A DNA stretch of 55,484 nucleotides from an uncultured Gemmatimonadota bacterium (GTDB taxonomy: Bacteria; SM23-81; DAOVCL01), in the NCBI GenBank assembly GCA_964626665.1, contig CAZVGK010000023.1, positions 1 through 55,484 on the forward strand. The letters are read 5' to 3'. Each line of letters starts with the position of its first letter. The stretch's first letter is position 1. The translations under genes and the position numbers were made by a program. Shown here piece after piece: positions 20,206-30,200 of the stretch. The notes under the pieces are model-generated. The model saw nothing but the letters and a program-made list of their open reading frames with translations, was not told the DNA's origin and ran no database searches.

Positions 20206-22248
20206 CTATTTTATCACCACCAGCTTTTTGACGGCTGTAAAATCGCCTGCTTGCAACCGATATAGATAGACCCCACTGGCCAATCCTCTGGCATCCCACC
20301 TGACTGACCTATAACCAGCCCGCTGATACTCATCTACCAAAGTAGCTACCTTTTGCCCAAGCAGGTTGTATATCTCCAGCCTGACCCGGGCATCCCTGGG
20401 CAGAGCATACTCAATCTGGGTAGTGGGATTGAAGGGGTTAGGGTAGTTTTGGGAGAGGGAAAAAGCTTGCGGGGTTCGGATAATATGTCCTCCATTTATC
20501 CCTACTTCCACAACCCCAACTGTTGTGAGCTTGGTGGAATCCACATCAGAAGTTATAGTGATCGTTTCCCCAACCCCAGCCCCGATGGATACCCCTTCCA
20601 CGCTCAGGGAGTCTATCAGTGCTGTTCCCCTGAATATCCCTGAAGTGGTGTCCGTCTCCGTAAGAGTTACCACAATCCCGGTAGTATCTGTCAAACTGCT
20701 GGTTACCGTAACAGTAGTGTGATCAATACTGGCACAACCGCCATCCTTCCCCTCTAACTGGATATACATCGTGGCCCCAATCCATAAATCGGTTGTCAGA
20801 TCAGTGGTATAGGTCTCATCCGATTTCAGAACAACTGAATATACTGAATCTGGTTCGCCTATGGCCGGGGAGGTTAGAAAAGGCTCATAAAGAACATATG
20901 CTAGGTCCCAGTTATCGCGGTGATCATAAATCCTAGCTTGAATCGTCGCAACATCGGTGGTCCCCCACCAATTATTAGTTGCATCAACATTATTATTACC
21001 TAAAACATCCCAAAGGGAGATTTCATATTTACAGTGGTTTACAAGATTGTTGTAGTTTATGATAGGACAAGAATGATCATTGCAGTGAATGCCGCCAGTG
21101 AAACCGCCATACGACCCACTCGCATAGGCACTGTTTCCGGTAATGTTGTTATAGATAATGCTCGGAGATGCATAATCGTTGCAGTAAATGCCACCAGCTT
21201 GGGGATGACTGAAACGCTCTGTGCCATGGGCAATATTTCCAATTATGGTATTGCCAATAATGGCGGGGAAATAACTGCCACTATAGCCATAACAGTAAAT
21301 ACCGCCACCATGTGCAGCAGCAGCAGCGGAAACAGAATTTCCCCTTATGGTGTTGTCGGCAACGGTCGCCACATAGCAATCACCTAAATAAATACCACCG
21401 CCATAACCATAACTGTAGTGACCATCACACTGGGCAGAATTTCCGCTTATGTTGTTGCCGGTAATATTTACAACAGAATTAGAGCTACAGCAATAAATAC
21501 CGCCTCCTTTGCTGTAACCGGGATCTTCATAGTCGCCAGAAGCTGAAACTGTATTGCCGATTATGGTATTGCCAATAACTGCAAGAGAACAAGGAGCCCC
21601 ACCATAATAGTAAATACCACCCCCTTGGGGATAATCTGAAGCAGAAACAGTATTGTCGGCTATCAAGTTGTCGACAATGGTTGAAGATGAGTAGTAACAA
21701 TAGATACCACCACCTTTACCAGAACCTTGATCACCAAAGGCAATGTTTTGAATTATGGCATTGTGACTAATAAAGGGAGATGCATATTCACAGTGGATTG
21801 CACCGTCATCACCTGAATTCGGAATATCTCCTCCATACTCAATTCTGCAATACTCAATTATACATCCACTCACATAATTGCCCAGCGAATCCAAAACAGC
21901 ATCAACACTGGTATCAATGAACTTTATGCTTCCCCAATCGCCTGGTTGTGGCGTAGCATTATTAGAAGTAAACAGAATGCTGTCGGTTGCCGTTCCTCTG
22001 GCTATCAACTCACCGCCAATCATCAAGGATAGACCCTCGTTGAATTTCACCGTCACCCCAGGCTCAATGGTCAAAGTTGCCACATCAAGCACCTGAACAG
22101 TTCCTACCACAATATAAGGACTACCAGCGACCGCCCAGGTCGTATCGGAGGTGATATTGCCACTAACCTCCGTATCGGCAATAGCTGACTGCAGGCCAAT
22201 GCCAAAAAGGAGCACCAATCTTAAAGCATATACAAATATCGCTTTCAT
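20206..22248 (-). CDS. Secreted beta-helix repeat protein with C-terminal FlgD-Ig/T9SS type A-like domain
   Basis: Signal peptide, GSPY/LTIEPGVTVKF start module, GGGIYC repeats, QNYPNPFNP end nearly identical to that of 14347-18876. Confidence 0.85.
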   Translation of the reverse strand: MKAIFVYALRLVLLFGIGLQSAIADTEVSGNITSDTTWAVAGSPYIVVGTVQVLDVATLTIEPGVTVKFNEGLSLMIGGELIARGTATDSILFTSNNATPQPGDWGSIKFIDTSVDAVLDSLGNYVSGCIIEYCRIEYGGDIPNSGDDGAIHCEYASPFISHNAIIQNIAFGDQGSGKGGGIYCYYSSSTIVDNLIADNTVSASDYPQGGGIYYYGGAPCSLAVIGNTIIGNTVSASGDYEDPGYSKGGGIYCCSSNSVVNITGNNISGNSAQCDGHYSYGYGGGIYLGDCYVATVADNTIRGNSVSAAAAAHGGGIYCYGYSGSYFPAIIGNTIIGNIAHGTERFSHPQAGGIYCNDYASPSIIYNNITGNSAYASGSYGGFTGGIHCNDHSCPIINYNNLVNHCKYEISLWDVLGNNNVDATNNWWGTTDVATIQARIYDHRDNWDLAYVLYEPFLTSPAIGEPDSVYSVVLKSDETYTTDLTTDLWIGATMYIQLEGKDGGCASIDHTTVTVTSSLTDTTGIVVTLTETDTTSGIFRGTALIDSLSVEGVSIGAGVGETITITSDVDSTKLTTVGVVEVGINGGHIIRTPQAFSLSQNYPNPFNPTTQIEYALPRDARVRLEIYNLLGQKVATLVDEYQRAGYRSVRWDARGLASGVYLYRLQAGDFTAVKKLVVIK

Positions 22249-22297
22249 CTTCTCGTCTCCTTGGTTTGTGTCAAGTAATCTGCTTGGATATACATAT

Positions 22298-22963
22298 TTA
22301 TTCGAAATTTAACTTCTGCAAGTCTTCAATTTCCTTCGGGAAAGTTGTTTTATAAGTTCCATCCTGACTATAAACAGTCCGATAGCGTCTATTTTTTACA
22401 TCAAAAAATTCGGCTTCGATTGTCACTTTTGCTGCTACAAATTCATAGTGTTTACTAAAATCAAATTGACAAGGAACAGATTCCGAAAAATCACCAGAAT
22501 TAATTCGTGCGATCTGTGCTGGAGATAAAGACTTTCGGAGTGACCCATATGAACTCTTTTCTACTTTGGCGTATGCACTAATATCAAGTTTGATTATTTT
22601 ACCAATTCCCACATTTTTGATTAAAATTGAAACCTTCTTGTTTTGATTGTCTCTCTTAAAATTCCAAAGATGTAGCCTGGGAATATAAGCCTTCTCACGA
22701 TCTATTTTCATCTGGTTAATTAAATCACTGTGTTGTCGTTGACTGAAGTCCATATGGCTCTTATTCTGCCTTAGAATCCCCAATGTGAGATATGTGTATG
22801 TCCATGTTACAATTACTAATAACAGAGAAATTATGATATTTCCATACAATATCCGAATCGAGTCAAGGGAAAAAAGTATCAATGCTGCAATAAAAATTAG
22901 AATTAGCGGAATATAAATTACCCATTTTTTCGTATCAATTTTCTTTTTGGATGATGTTTCCAT
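22298..22963 (-). CDS. Hypothetical protein with two N-terminal TM helices
   Basis: 221-aa AT-rich ORF with GGGAG RBS and two hydrophobic segments. Confidence 0.7.
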   Translation of the reverse strand: METSSKKKIDTKKWVIYIPLILIFIAALILFSLDSIRILYGNIIISLLLVIVTWTYTYLTLGILRQNKSHMDFSQRQHSDLINQMKIDREKAYIPRLHLWNFKRDNQNKKVSILIKNVGIGKIIKLDISAYAKVEKSSYGSLRKSLSPAQIARINSGDFSESVPCQFDFSKHYEFVAAKVTIEAEFFDVKNRRYRTVYSQDGTYKTTFPKEIEDLQKLNFE

Positions 22964-23157
22964 TAGTTTCTCCCATCACTTTAAGGTTTCTTGACACAGG
23001 CACTCAGCTACCCTACTGCTAAAGATACCTTCAAACATACCTCCGGAACACCAGTTGCAATCAGAGCTCCGTCTCATTCCACAATGCCCGTAAATACTTC
23101 TTTGTTGCCTCGATAGCTTCGAAGACACTCTTTCTATCAGGGTCATTCTCATCGGGA

Positions 23158-23320
23158 TCAAACCTTTAATTACCAATTTACACAAAGACAGCAAGCTCCA
23201 AAACCTTGATCAAATTTTAGTTTTCTCCAGACTTGCTGCAAATAAAATAGGGAGCATCTCGGTTTCTGTCAAGCGAAACCTCTACCTGAAAGGTCAGATT
23301 CTATATGACTAAGAATATCA
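23158..23320 (-). promoter_or_regulatory. Copy 1 of a 163-bp duplicated promoter/leader unit
   Basis: TTGACA (23267-72)-17 nt-TATTTT on minus; imperfect palindrome at 23293-23309; direct repeat of 23363-23525. Confidence 0.7.
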
Positions 23321-23362
23321 AGGTGAGCTTAGCCGTAGGTTCTACCGAGAGTGCACCCAGGG

Positions 23363-23525
23363 TCAAACCTTTAATTACCAATTTACACAAAGACAGCAAA
23401 CTCCAAAGCCTTGATCAAATTTTAGTTTTCTCCAGACCTGCTGCAAATAAAATAGGGAGTATTCCCGTTTCTGTCAAGCGAAACTTCTGCCTGAAAGGTC
23501 AGATTCCATCTGACTGGGAATATCA
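23363..23525 (-). promoter_or_regulatory. Copy 2 of a 163-bp duplicated promoter/leader unit
   Basis: TTGACA (23472-77)-17 nt-TATTTT; perfect GTCAGAT-N3-ATCTGAC palindrome at 23498-23514. Confidence 0.7.
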
Positions 23526-23584
23526 GAACTAAATCAGGGAGATTTTTGACCGAGAATCCCACAAGGGAGCTAAGTTCCTGACTT

Positions 23585-23705
23585 GTGTCTGTCCGAATTC
23601 GTCATTCCCGCCTACCATTAGCGGGAATCCATTGCTGATTTCAAGTAGATTCCGGCTTAAAGATTGCCGGAATGACAGAGAATATGGCCATTTCCGGACA
23701 AACAC
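23585..23705. mobile_element. MITE-like element enclosing a REP doublet
   Basis: Ends GTGTCTGTCCGAA / TCCGGACAAACAC are inverted; interior GTCATTCCCGC..GCGGGAATCC and GATTCCGGC..GCCGGAATGAC palindromes; no ORF. Confidence 0.6.
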
Positions 23706-23764
23706 TAACAGGTAAGCATCTATTCCGATGAAGTCCGGAAATGAATTAGTGACTGGAAGAGATT

Positions 23765-24271
23765 CTAACTCCTTGATGGTGCGTATCTTGTGACGTCAGG
23801 CAGCCGATCGAAATCAGCATCACCGGAGGCAATATCTGTGAGGCCAAGTCTGTGCAGGACGGCAAGATGAATAGCATCTCTGGGAAGCAGTCCAAAGGTC
23901 TTCATCAAACTTGATATCTGCTGTACATCCGCTGAGTTGACATCAATGATTTCCGAAAGGCGAAGGACGTTTTCGGTCACTCTGGTTACTTCAGATGCCA
24001 GACTCTTTACTACATCCGGATGTTTTTTCAGATATAGAACTTGACTCGAAGAAACTCCTAATTTCTCCTCGAGTTTAGCTTTCAGAGCGACAAAAGAGAC
24101 TTCATCAACGGTCAAAGATGAGGTGACAAGTTCAAATTCACCGTGAGATGCTCTTTGGAGAAATTCAAGGGAGGGACGGCCATATTTCGGGTCAGCGAGG
24201 GCCACAAGGAGAAAGATACTGGAATCGACATAGATCTTATCGCCCCTAAATTCAGTCAGATATTTTGGCAC
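23765..24271 (-). CDS. vapC: PIN-domain toxin (VapC family)
   Basis: IYVDSSIF, DE, PRDAIHLA and SGDADF acidic PIN motifs. Confidence 0.88.
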   Translation of the reverse strand: MPKYLTEFRGDKIYVDSSIFLLVALADPKYGRPSLEFLQRASHGEFELVTSSLTVDEVSFVALKAKLEEKLGVSSSQVLYLKKHPDVVKSLASEVTRVTENVLRLSEIIDVNSADVQQISSLMKTFGLLPRDAIHLAVLHRLGLTDIASGDADFDRLPDVTRYAPSRS

Positions 24272-24491
24272 TGACCAGATCTCCCAATTCCTCGTAAGCC
24301 TCAGCTCTAAGCTGGGAGGTTTTCTTCGACGACTTCAGCGATCCCCATAATGCTTTAGCGGGGTTGCCCCTGAGTTCGATCCTTTCCGGCTGAACGGAGA
24401 CGAGCACTTCATCGCCTGTCTTAAAACCGGCTTCCTTGACAAGCTTTTCCAGAAGCTTTGGCCTTAAGGTAATTTGCCTTATGGATTTCAT
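24252..24491 (-). CDS. AbrB/MazE-like antitoxin (VapB)
   Basis: Small ORF upstream of and overlapping vapC; QITL...GFKTGDEV...IEL...LWGSLK pattern. Confidence 0.7.
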   Translation of the reverse strand: MKSIRQITLRPKLLEKLVKEAGFKTGDEVLVSVQPERIELRGNPAKALWGSLKSSKKTSQLRAEAYEELGDLVSAKISD

Positions 24492-24538
24492 ACTACAGCA
24501 CTCCTTTGCACAATCAACTTGAATTTGAGTTCTTTTTT

Positions 24539-24567
24539 AAAGTAAGAATTTTTTGAGGCTATGTCAA
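24539..24567 (-). promoter_or_regulatory. Sigma70-type promoter of vapBC
   Basis: TTGACA-17 nt-TACTTT. Confidence 0.55.
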
Positions 24568-24674
24568 TCCTTTTCCTGATTCCTACAAAATTTGGGCAAT
24601 TGTTATTTGACAAAACAGAAAAAAGCCCTGTAAGCGGCGGGGCTTTTGGGATGCAGATAAACAGGATTTCTAAA

Positions 24675-25085
24675 CCTCCCCCTTGACGGGGGAGGACTAA
24701 GGAGAGGGTGAAATTATACCCATCTCTTTCCTAACCCTCTCACCCAAGGGGAGAGGGAACTATAAAAAGACAGTTGTCAGTAGTCAGTTGTCAGGAGCGA
24801 ATCCCGAACCAATGTGCTGTTGACTCTATTTCCTGTGCTATCAGGGCTCTGCCCTTGCTGAGAAATCTCATTGTAGATGATAACATCCACAAGGAGCATA
24901 GGCGTAGCTTTTAGGACGCAGATGAACGCAGATTTTCACAGATTTTACAAGAATCTACCCTACTATAGGTTTTCACCTAAGAGGCAAAAGAGGGGTTTAA
25001 CCGCAATTTTTGTAAATTGCTTATTTAAATATCTTGTGACAATCTCGTGAAATCTCGTGGTTCCTTGTTGCATAATCCGGGATAA
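24675..25085. repeat. Composite intergenic repeat cluster
   Basis: CTCCCCCTTGACGGGGGAG, CCCTCTC..GAGAGGG, TCAGGGCTCTGCCCT, GATGATAACATCCACAAGGAGCA and ACGCAGAT tandem units. Confidence 0.7.
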
Positions 25086-25140
25086 ATTCACCTCTCTACC
25101 TTAATGGAGAATTCCTGAAGACAAAAGTTTGAACATTCCC

Positions 25141-25169
25141 TTGACAAAAGGGTAGATGTTGCCTATTAT
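25141..25169 (+). promoter_or_regulatory. Sigma70-type promoter of the yicC operon
   Basis: TTGACA-17 nt-TATTAT followed by an AAGGAGG RBS. Confidence 0.7.
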
Positions 25170-25187
25170 TGGGGGAAACAAAGGAGG

Positions 25188-26069
25188 ATGATGCTTTCCA
25201 GTATGACCGGATATGGCCGGGGAACCGAGGAGATAGAAGGGGAAAAGGCTATGGTGGAGATAAAATCTGTGAACAATCGCTTCTTGGACCTCCAGCTTAA
25301 GCTTCCCCGTTCCCTAAACATCTTAGAGGATAGGATAAAGGAGCTTTTGCGGAGAAACATCTCCCGGGGGAAGATCTACTATCTTCTAACCTGGGCGGGA
25401 ACCGATGAGCTTTTCTCCACATTAAAGTTAAACGAAGAAGCCGTCGGGGCCTACTATCAACTCTTAGAGAAATTAAAAGAAAAGTTTAAATTTAAGGAGG
25501 AGGTAGGTTTAAATCATCTCCTCGGATTCCCCGATCTCTTGCAAAAGGAAGCCCAGGAACCAGACGTGGACCGAATCTGGCCAACCGTGGAGAAGGCCAC
25601 CGTTGCGGCCCTTTCCGCGCTAAAGGAGATGAGGGAAAAGGAGGGGGAGAGACTCGGTGAAGACATCCTAAAGAGGATGGAGGAACTCCAGGGGTTAGAG
25701 GAATGGGTTGAATCTCAGGCCCCCAAGGTGGTGGGGAAACGGCGGGAAGATCTCCGGGTAAAGATAGAAGACTTGGAGTTAAAAGGGAATATTGCTGAGG
25801 AGAGGTTGGCCCAGGAGGTGGTCATATTTGCTGAACGAACGGACATCACCGAGGAGTGTGTGAGGCTAAAAAGTCATATCCAACAGTTCGTATCCATCTC
25901 TCAAAAGGGAGGGGTGGCGGGAAGGAAACTCACCTTTCTGCAGCAGGAAATGAATAGGGAGGTAAACACTATTGGAGCTAAGGCATTAGATGCTTCCATC
26001 TCACAAAAGGTTGTGGAAATGAAGGAGGAGTTAGAGAAGGTAAGGGAGCAACTGCAAAATGTGGAGTAG
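25188..26069 (+). CDS. yicC: YicC/YloC family endoribonuclease
   Basis: SMTGYG, EIKSVNNRFLD, DITEECVRLKSH, QEMNREVNTIGAK and REQLQNVE motifs. Confidence 0.95.
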   Translation: MMLSSMTGYGRGTEEIEGEKAMVEIKSVNNRFLDLQLKLPRSLNILEDRIKELLRRNISRGKIYYLLTWAGTDELFSTLKLNEEAVGAYYQLLEKLKEKFKFKEEVGLNHLLGFPDLLQKEAQEPDVDRIWPTVEKATVAALSALKEMREKEGERLGEDILKRMEELQGLEEWVESQAPKVVGKRREDLRVKIEDLELKGNIAEERLAQEVVIFAERTDITEECVRLKSHIQQFVSISQKGGVAGRKLTFLQQEMNREVNTIGAKALDASISQKVVEMKEELEKVREQLQNVE

Positions 26070-26319
26070 GAAGCCACTTCTGAACATAGGGTTTGGAAAT
26101 GTGGTCTCCCTGGACAAGGTCGTGGCCATTATCAACTCTGGCTCTCTACCAGTAAAAAGGTTAAAGGATGACGCCAAACAAAGGGGGAAACTAATAGACG
26201 CCACCCAGGGAAGGAAGACCAGGGCTATCCTCATCACCGACTCTAACCACATCATCCTTTCAGCTATTGCCGTGGATACAATTGTGCAAAGGTTAAAAGG
26301 CAAAGAGAAGGATGTTTAA
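26059..26319 (+). CDS. remA: RemA/DUF370 family protein
   Basis: LNIGFGNVV...LIDATQGRKTRA...ILSAI; canonical position between yicC and gmk. Confidence 0.9.
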   Translation: MWSRKPLLNIGFGNVVSLDKVVAIINSGSLPVKRLKDDAKQRGKLIDATQGRKTRAILITDSNHIILSAIAVDTIVQRLKGKEKDV

Positions 26320-26905
26320 GAAACCTCCAGGACTCTTGGTGGTCATCTCCTCCCCTTCAGGAGGTGGAAAAACCACCATCTGCCGTTCCCTCCTGCGAGT
26401 TCATCCCGAGTATCTCTATTCCATCTCCTTAACCACGCGCCCGCGGCGATTGTCTGAGGTAGCCGGGAAAGATTACATATTCGTCTCCGAGGGGGAATTC
26501 CGGAAACGGGTGGAGCAAGGGGAATTGGCCGAATGGGCAAAGGTCCATGGACATCTCTATGGCACACCCAAAGACCCCATTGAAAGGACGATTAGGGAAC
26601 AAAAGATAATCCTCTTGGACATAGATATTCAAGGGGGGATGAACATCAGGAAGAAATACCACCAGAGCGTTCTCATCTTCGTCTTCCCCCCTTCCTTGCA
26701 GGTGCTGGAAGCCAGGCTGCGGGGGAGGTTTACGGAGAACGAAGAGGCCATAGAAAAAAGGTTGTCCATAGCTCAGAGGGAGATAGGCTACTGGGAACGA
26801 TATGATTATGTGGTGGTAAATGAGGAGGTGGCGGAGACAATTGCCTCAGTAGAAGCCATTATAAGGGCTGAGGTTAGCCGGGTAGAAAGGCTAAAAAGGG
26901 GGTAA
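26312..26905 (+). CDS. gmk: Guanylate kinase
   Basis: SSPSGGGKTT P-loop, TTRPRR, YGTP, DIDIQG. Confidence 0.96.
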   Translation: MFKKPPGLLVVISSPSGGGKTTICRSLLRVHPEYLYSISLTTRPRRLSEVAGKDYIFVSEGEFRKRVEQGELAEWAKVHGHLYGTPKDPIERTIREQKIILLDIDIQGGMNIRKKYHQSVLIFVFPPSLQVLEARLRGRFTENEEAIEKRLSIAQREIGYWERYDYVVVNEEVAETIASVEAIIRAEVSRVERLKRG

Positions 26906-26908
26906 TTG

Positions 26909-27115
26909 ATGGAATCAATACCCATTGAGAAATTGATGGAGAGGGCCGCAAACAGGTATGAGGCCGTTATGGTGGCCGCCAAAAGGGCCCGGCAGATAAA
27001 CAGGACAAAGGAGGAGGAATCAGAGGAGAAGGAAAAGGTAACTGTGCGCGCTCTCCGGGAGCTTATGGAGGGGAAGATCGAATTCAAATATGAGAAAAAG
27101 GAAAAGAGGAAGTAA
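26909..27115 (+). CDS. rpoZ: RNA polymerase omega subunit
   Basis: NRYEAVMVAAKRARQI motif, located after gmk. Confidence 0.93.
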   Translation: MESIPIEKLMERAANRYEAVMVAAKRARQINRTKEEESEEKEKVTVRALRELMEGKIEFKYEKKEKRK

Positions 27116-27117
27116 AA

Positions 27118-29307
27118 TTGGAGCAATCGCTTTTTATAGTTGAGTCGCCAGCCAAAGCAAAAACCATAAAGAGGTTCTTAGGGAAAGGCTATGAGGTAAA
27201 GGCCTCCTTAGGTCACATCAAGGACTTGCCTCCAAAAGAGTTAGGGGTAGATGTGCACAATGACTTCTCCCCCAAGTATGTGGTCATTAAGGGGAAGGAA
27301 AAGACCCTCAGGGAACTGAAAAAGGCGGCGAAGGATCGGAAGAGGATATACCTGGCATTAGATCCGGACAGGGAAGGGGAGGCCATCGCTTGGCATGTAT
27401 CCCAAGAGCTAAAAGCTCCAAAGGCAAACCTCTATCGGGTGAGGTTTAATGAGATCACCAAAAGAGCCATCAGGGAGGCTGCGGAAAACCCCCAACAGAT
27501 AGATATGAGGCTGGTCAATGCCCAACAGGCCCGGCGCATCTTGGACCGCTTGGTGGGCTATAAGGTTTCCCCCTTCCTTTGGACCACGATATATCGAGGG
27601 CTCTCCGCGGGTAGGGTACAATCAGTAGCCCTAAGGTTAATCTGTGAGAGGGAGGGGGAAATAGAGGAGTTCCAGCCCCAGGAATATTGGAGCATAACCG
27701 CCCTGCTTCTCTCTGGGGATGGTTCCCCATTTAAGGCCAAGCTTCACAAGATAAACTCTCAGGACTTTCAAATTCCAAACGAAGCCAAGGCCAAGCAGAT
27801 ATTAGCTGGACTGCAGGGGAGGGAGTTCACCGTGGCCCAGGTTGTGATCAATGAGAGGAAACGCAACCCCTATCCCCCATTTATCACCAGCACCCTGCAA
27901 CAGGAGGCCTCTAAGGGGCTGCGCTTTCCCATCAAGAAGACGATGATGCTTGCCCAACAGCTTTACGAAGGGATCGACTTGGGCAAGGAGGGGAGAACTG
28001 GTTTGATCACTTATATGAGGACCGATTCCACCCACATCGCGCCAGAGGCCCTTAAGCAAACCAGAGCCTGGATAGAGAAGAGGTGGGGAAATGACTACCT
28101 CCCCCCCCAACCCTGGAAATACAAGAGCAGGAAGTCGGCCCAGGAGGCGCACGAATGTATCCGGCCATCCTCCCCGGGAAGGGAACCTAATATGATAAAG
28201 GAGCACCTATCCCCTGATCAATTCAGGTTATACAACTTCATCTGGAGCCGTTTCCTGGCCTGTCAAATGAACCCAGCCATCTATCTGGCCACGGTTGCGG
28301 ACATTGCCGCCGGCCCCTACCTGTTTCGGGCCACAGGCTCCACCTTAAAATTTCCCGGCTTCCTGCAGGTCTATCCCCTACAGGGGGAGGAGGAGAAAAC
28401 CCTGCCCTCATTGCGCGCAGGAGAGGTCTTGCGGCTAAAGGAGATCATCCCCCAGCAACATTTCACTAAGCCCCCACCCCGGTACACCGAGGCGAGCCTG
28501 GTAAAGGAATTAGAGGAAAAGGGGATTGGACGTCCCTCCACCTATGCCCAGATAATCTCCACCATCTTGACCCGGGGATATGTTAAACTTGAGGAGAGGA
28601 AGTTCTTCCCTATCCATTTAGGGAGAACGGTAAACAACATCTTGGTGGAAAATTTTCCCTCCCTCTTCGCTGTGGAGTTCACTGCGCAGATGGAGGAGAA
28701 TTTGGATCGTATAGAGTCGGGGAAAACCAAGTGGGTGGGGGTGTTGCGGGACTTCTATGGACCCTTCCAAAAAATGGTTAAGGAGGCCGAAGGGAGGAGG
28801 AGTCAGCTAAAGAAGGGGCTCACCCAGGAGACAGATATCCTCTGTGAGAAATGTGGACGAAAGATGGTCATCAAATGGGGGAAAAACGGAAGGTTCCTGG
28901 CCTGTTCCGGCTATCCGGAGTGCACCAACACCAAACCACTCCCAGAGGATGAGACAGAGGAACGATGTGAGCTCTGTGGGGCCAAAATGGTCGTGAGGTC
29001 TGGTAGATATGGCAAGTTCTTAGCCTGCTCAAACTACCCCCAATGCAAATTCACCAAACCCTTAAGCATAGGGGTAAAATGCCCCCGCCCCGGATGTGAT
29101 GGTTATCTGGTAGAGCGCAGAACAAAGAAGGGAAGGACCTTCTACGGCTGCAGCCGTTACCCCAAATGCGATTTTGCCAGTTGGGACAAGCCAGTGGCCA
29201 AAAGATGTCCCCATTGTGGGGCCCCCTGGCTGGTGGAGAAGCGAAAAAAGGGGGAGCCATATCTCTGGTGTCCCACCTGCCACAAGGAGGTAACCGAGGA
29301 TGTTTAA
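27118..29307 (+). CDS. topA: DNA topoisomerase I
   Basis: IVESPAKAK, DPDREGE, SAGRVQS, ITYMRTDS and C-terminal Zn ribbons. Confidence 0.98.
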   Translation: MEQSLFIVESPAKAKTIKRFLGKGYEVKASLGHIKDLPPKELGVDVHNDFSPKYVVIKGKEKTLRELKKAAKDRKRIYLALDPDREGEAIAWHVSQELKAPKANLYRVRFNEITKRAIREAAENPQQIDMRLVNAQQARRILDRLVGYKVSPFLWTTIYRGLSAGRVQSVALRLICEREGEIEEFQPQEYWSITALLLSGDGSPFKAKLHKINSQDFQIPNEAKAKQILAGLQGREFTVAQVVINERKRNPYPPFITSTLQQEASKGLRFPIKKTMMLAQQLYEGIDLGKEGRTGLITYMRTDSTHIAPEALKQTRAWIEKRWGNDYLPPQPWKYKSRKSAQEAHECIRPSSPGREPNMIKEHLSPDQFRLYNFIWSRFLACQMNPAIYLATVADIAAGPYLFRATGSTLKFPGFLQVYPLQGEEEKTLPSLRAGEVLRLKEIIPQQHFTKPPPRYTEASLVKELEEKGIGRPSTYAQIISTILTRGYVKLEERKFFPIHLGRTVNNILVENFPSLFAVEFTAQMEENLDRIESGKTKWVGVLRDFYGPFQKMVKEAEGRRSQLKKGLTQETDILCEKCGRKMVIKWGKNGRFLACSGYPECTNTKPLPEDETEERCELCGAKMVVRSGRYGKFLACSNYPQCKFTKPLSIGVKCPRPGCDGYLVERRTKKGRTFYGCSRYPKCDFASWDKPVAKRCPHCGAPWLVEKRKKGEPYLWCPTCHKEVTEDV

Positions 29308-30196
29308 GGACTTCCTCAGCAAGTTCATTGACTATATGGAAAAGGAGAGGGGGCTCTCCCCATATACCCAAAGCTCATACCGCGGGGATCTCCTCCAGTT
29401 TTACTCCTTCTTCAGGGAGAAGTCCCCGTCCGGCAAGGATCTAATAGGAACTGCTGATAGGCTTTTGCTGAGACATTTTTTGGGAGAATTAAAGGCAAGG
29501 GGTTATTCTAATGGCTCCATCTCCCGCAAGCTATCGGCCATCCGCTCCTTCTACAAGTTCCTTTGTCGGGAGGGCATAACCGATTCCAATCCGGCCGCCT
29601 ATATCTCCTCACCGAAGAAAAAAAAGCGGCTCCCCTCCTTTCTCAGCCAGGAGCAAGCCACCTCCCTGATGGACTCCCCGCAAAGGCCCGACGTCCTGGG
29701 CCTCAGGGATAGGGCCATATTAGAGACCTTTTATGGCTCTGGCATAAGGCTAAGGGAGCTTGCTGGGCTCAGCCTCTCCCATCTTGATCTGGCCAACAAC
29801 CTAATCAAGGTCAGGGGAAAGGGGGGAAAGGAGAGGATAGTCCCCCTGGGAAGGAGTGCCGCCCTAGCCATCAGGAGATACTTGGAGAAAAGGGAAAGTT
29901 TGAAACCAAAAGGGGAAGCCCTTTTCCTCAACTATCAAGGGTATAGGCTCAGCCCGCGGGGAATAGAAATCCTGGTCAAGGGTTATCTGAGAAAAGTCTC
30001 CGAAGACAGCTCTCTTTCCCCCCACAGCCTGCGCCACAGCTTTGCTACCCACCTCTTGGATAGGGGAGCGGACCTAAGGGCGGTTAAGGAGCTTTTGGGC
30101 CATTCCAGCCTCTCCACCACTCAGATTTACACCCACATAACCGCCGAGAGGATAAAAAAGGTCTACAGACAGGCCCATCCCAGGGCTGGAGGGTAA
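29300..30196 (+). CDS. xerC: Tyrosine recombinase XerC
   Basis: [24 protein letters not shown] and LLGH..LSTTQIY; topA-xerC-hslVU synteny. Confidence 0.9.
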   Translation: MFKDFLSKFIDYMEKERGLSPYTQSSYRGDLLQFYSFFREKSPSGKDLIGTADRLLLRHFLGELKARGYSNGSISRKLSAIRSFYKFLCREGITDSNPAAYISSPKKKKRLPSFLSQEQATSLMDSPQRPDVLGLRDRAILETFYGSGIRLRELAGLSLSHLDLANNLIKVRGKGGKERIVPLGRSAALAIRRYLEKRESLKPKGEALFLNYQGYRLSPRGIEILVKGYLRKVSEDSSLSPHSLRHSFATHLLDRGADLRAVKELLGHSSLSTTQIYTHITAERIKKVYRQAHPRAGG

Positions 30197-30200
30197 ACCA

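Noticed and set aside
14347-20470. Near-identical 3' gene ends as a diversity-generating retroelement TR/VR pair
   Set aside because: Both copies are coding, differences are mostly synonymous and not adenine-specific, and no reverse transcriptase is present
22976-23532. ORFs 22976-23194 and 23305-23532
   Set aside because: They run across the duplicated promoter unit and show no RBS or recognisable motif
29300-30196. xerC as the integron integrase for the cassette array
   Set aside because: It lacks the IntI-specific insertion before the HxLRH box, sits in housekeeping topA-xerC-hslVU synteny, and is more than 15 kb from the array
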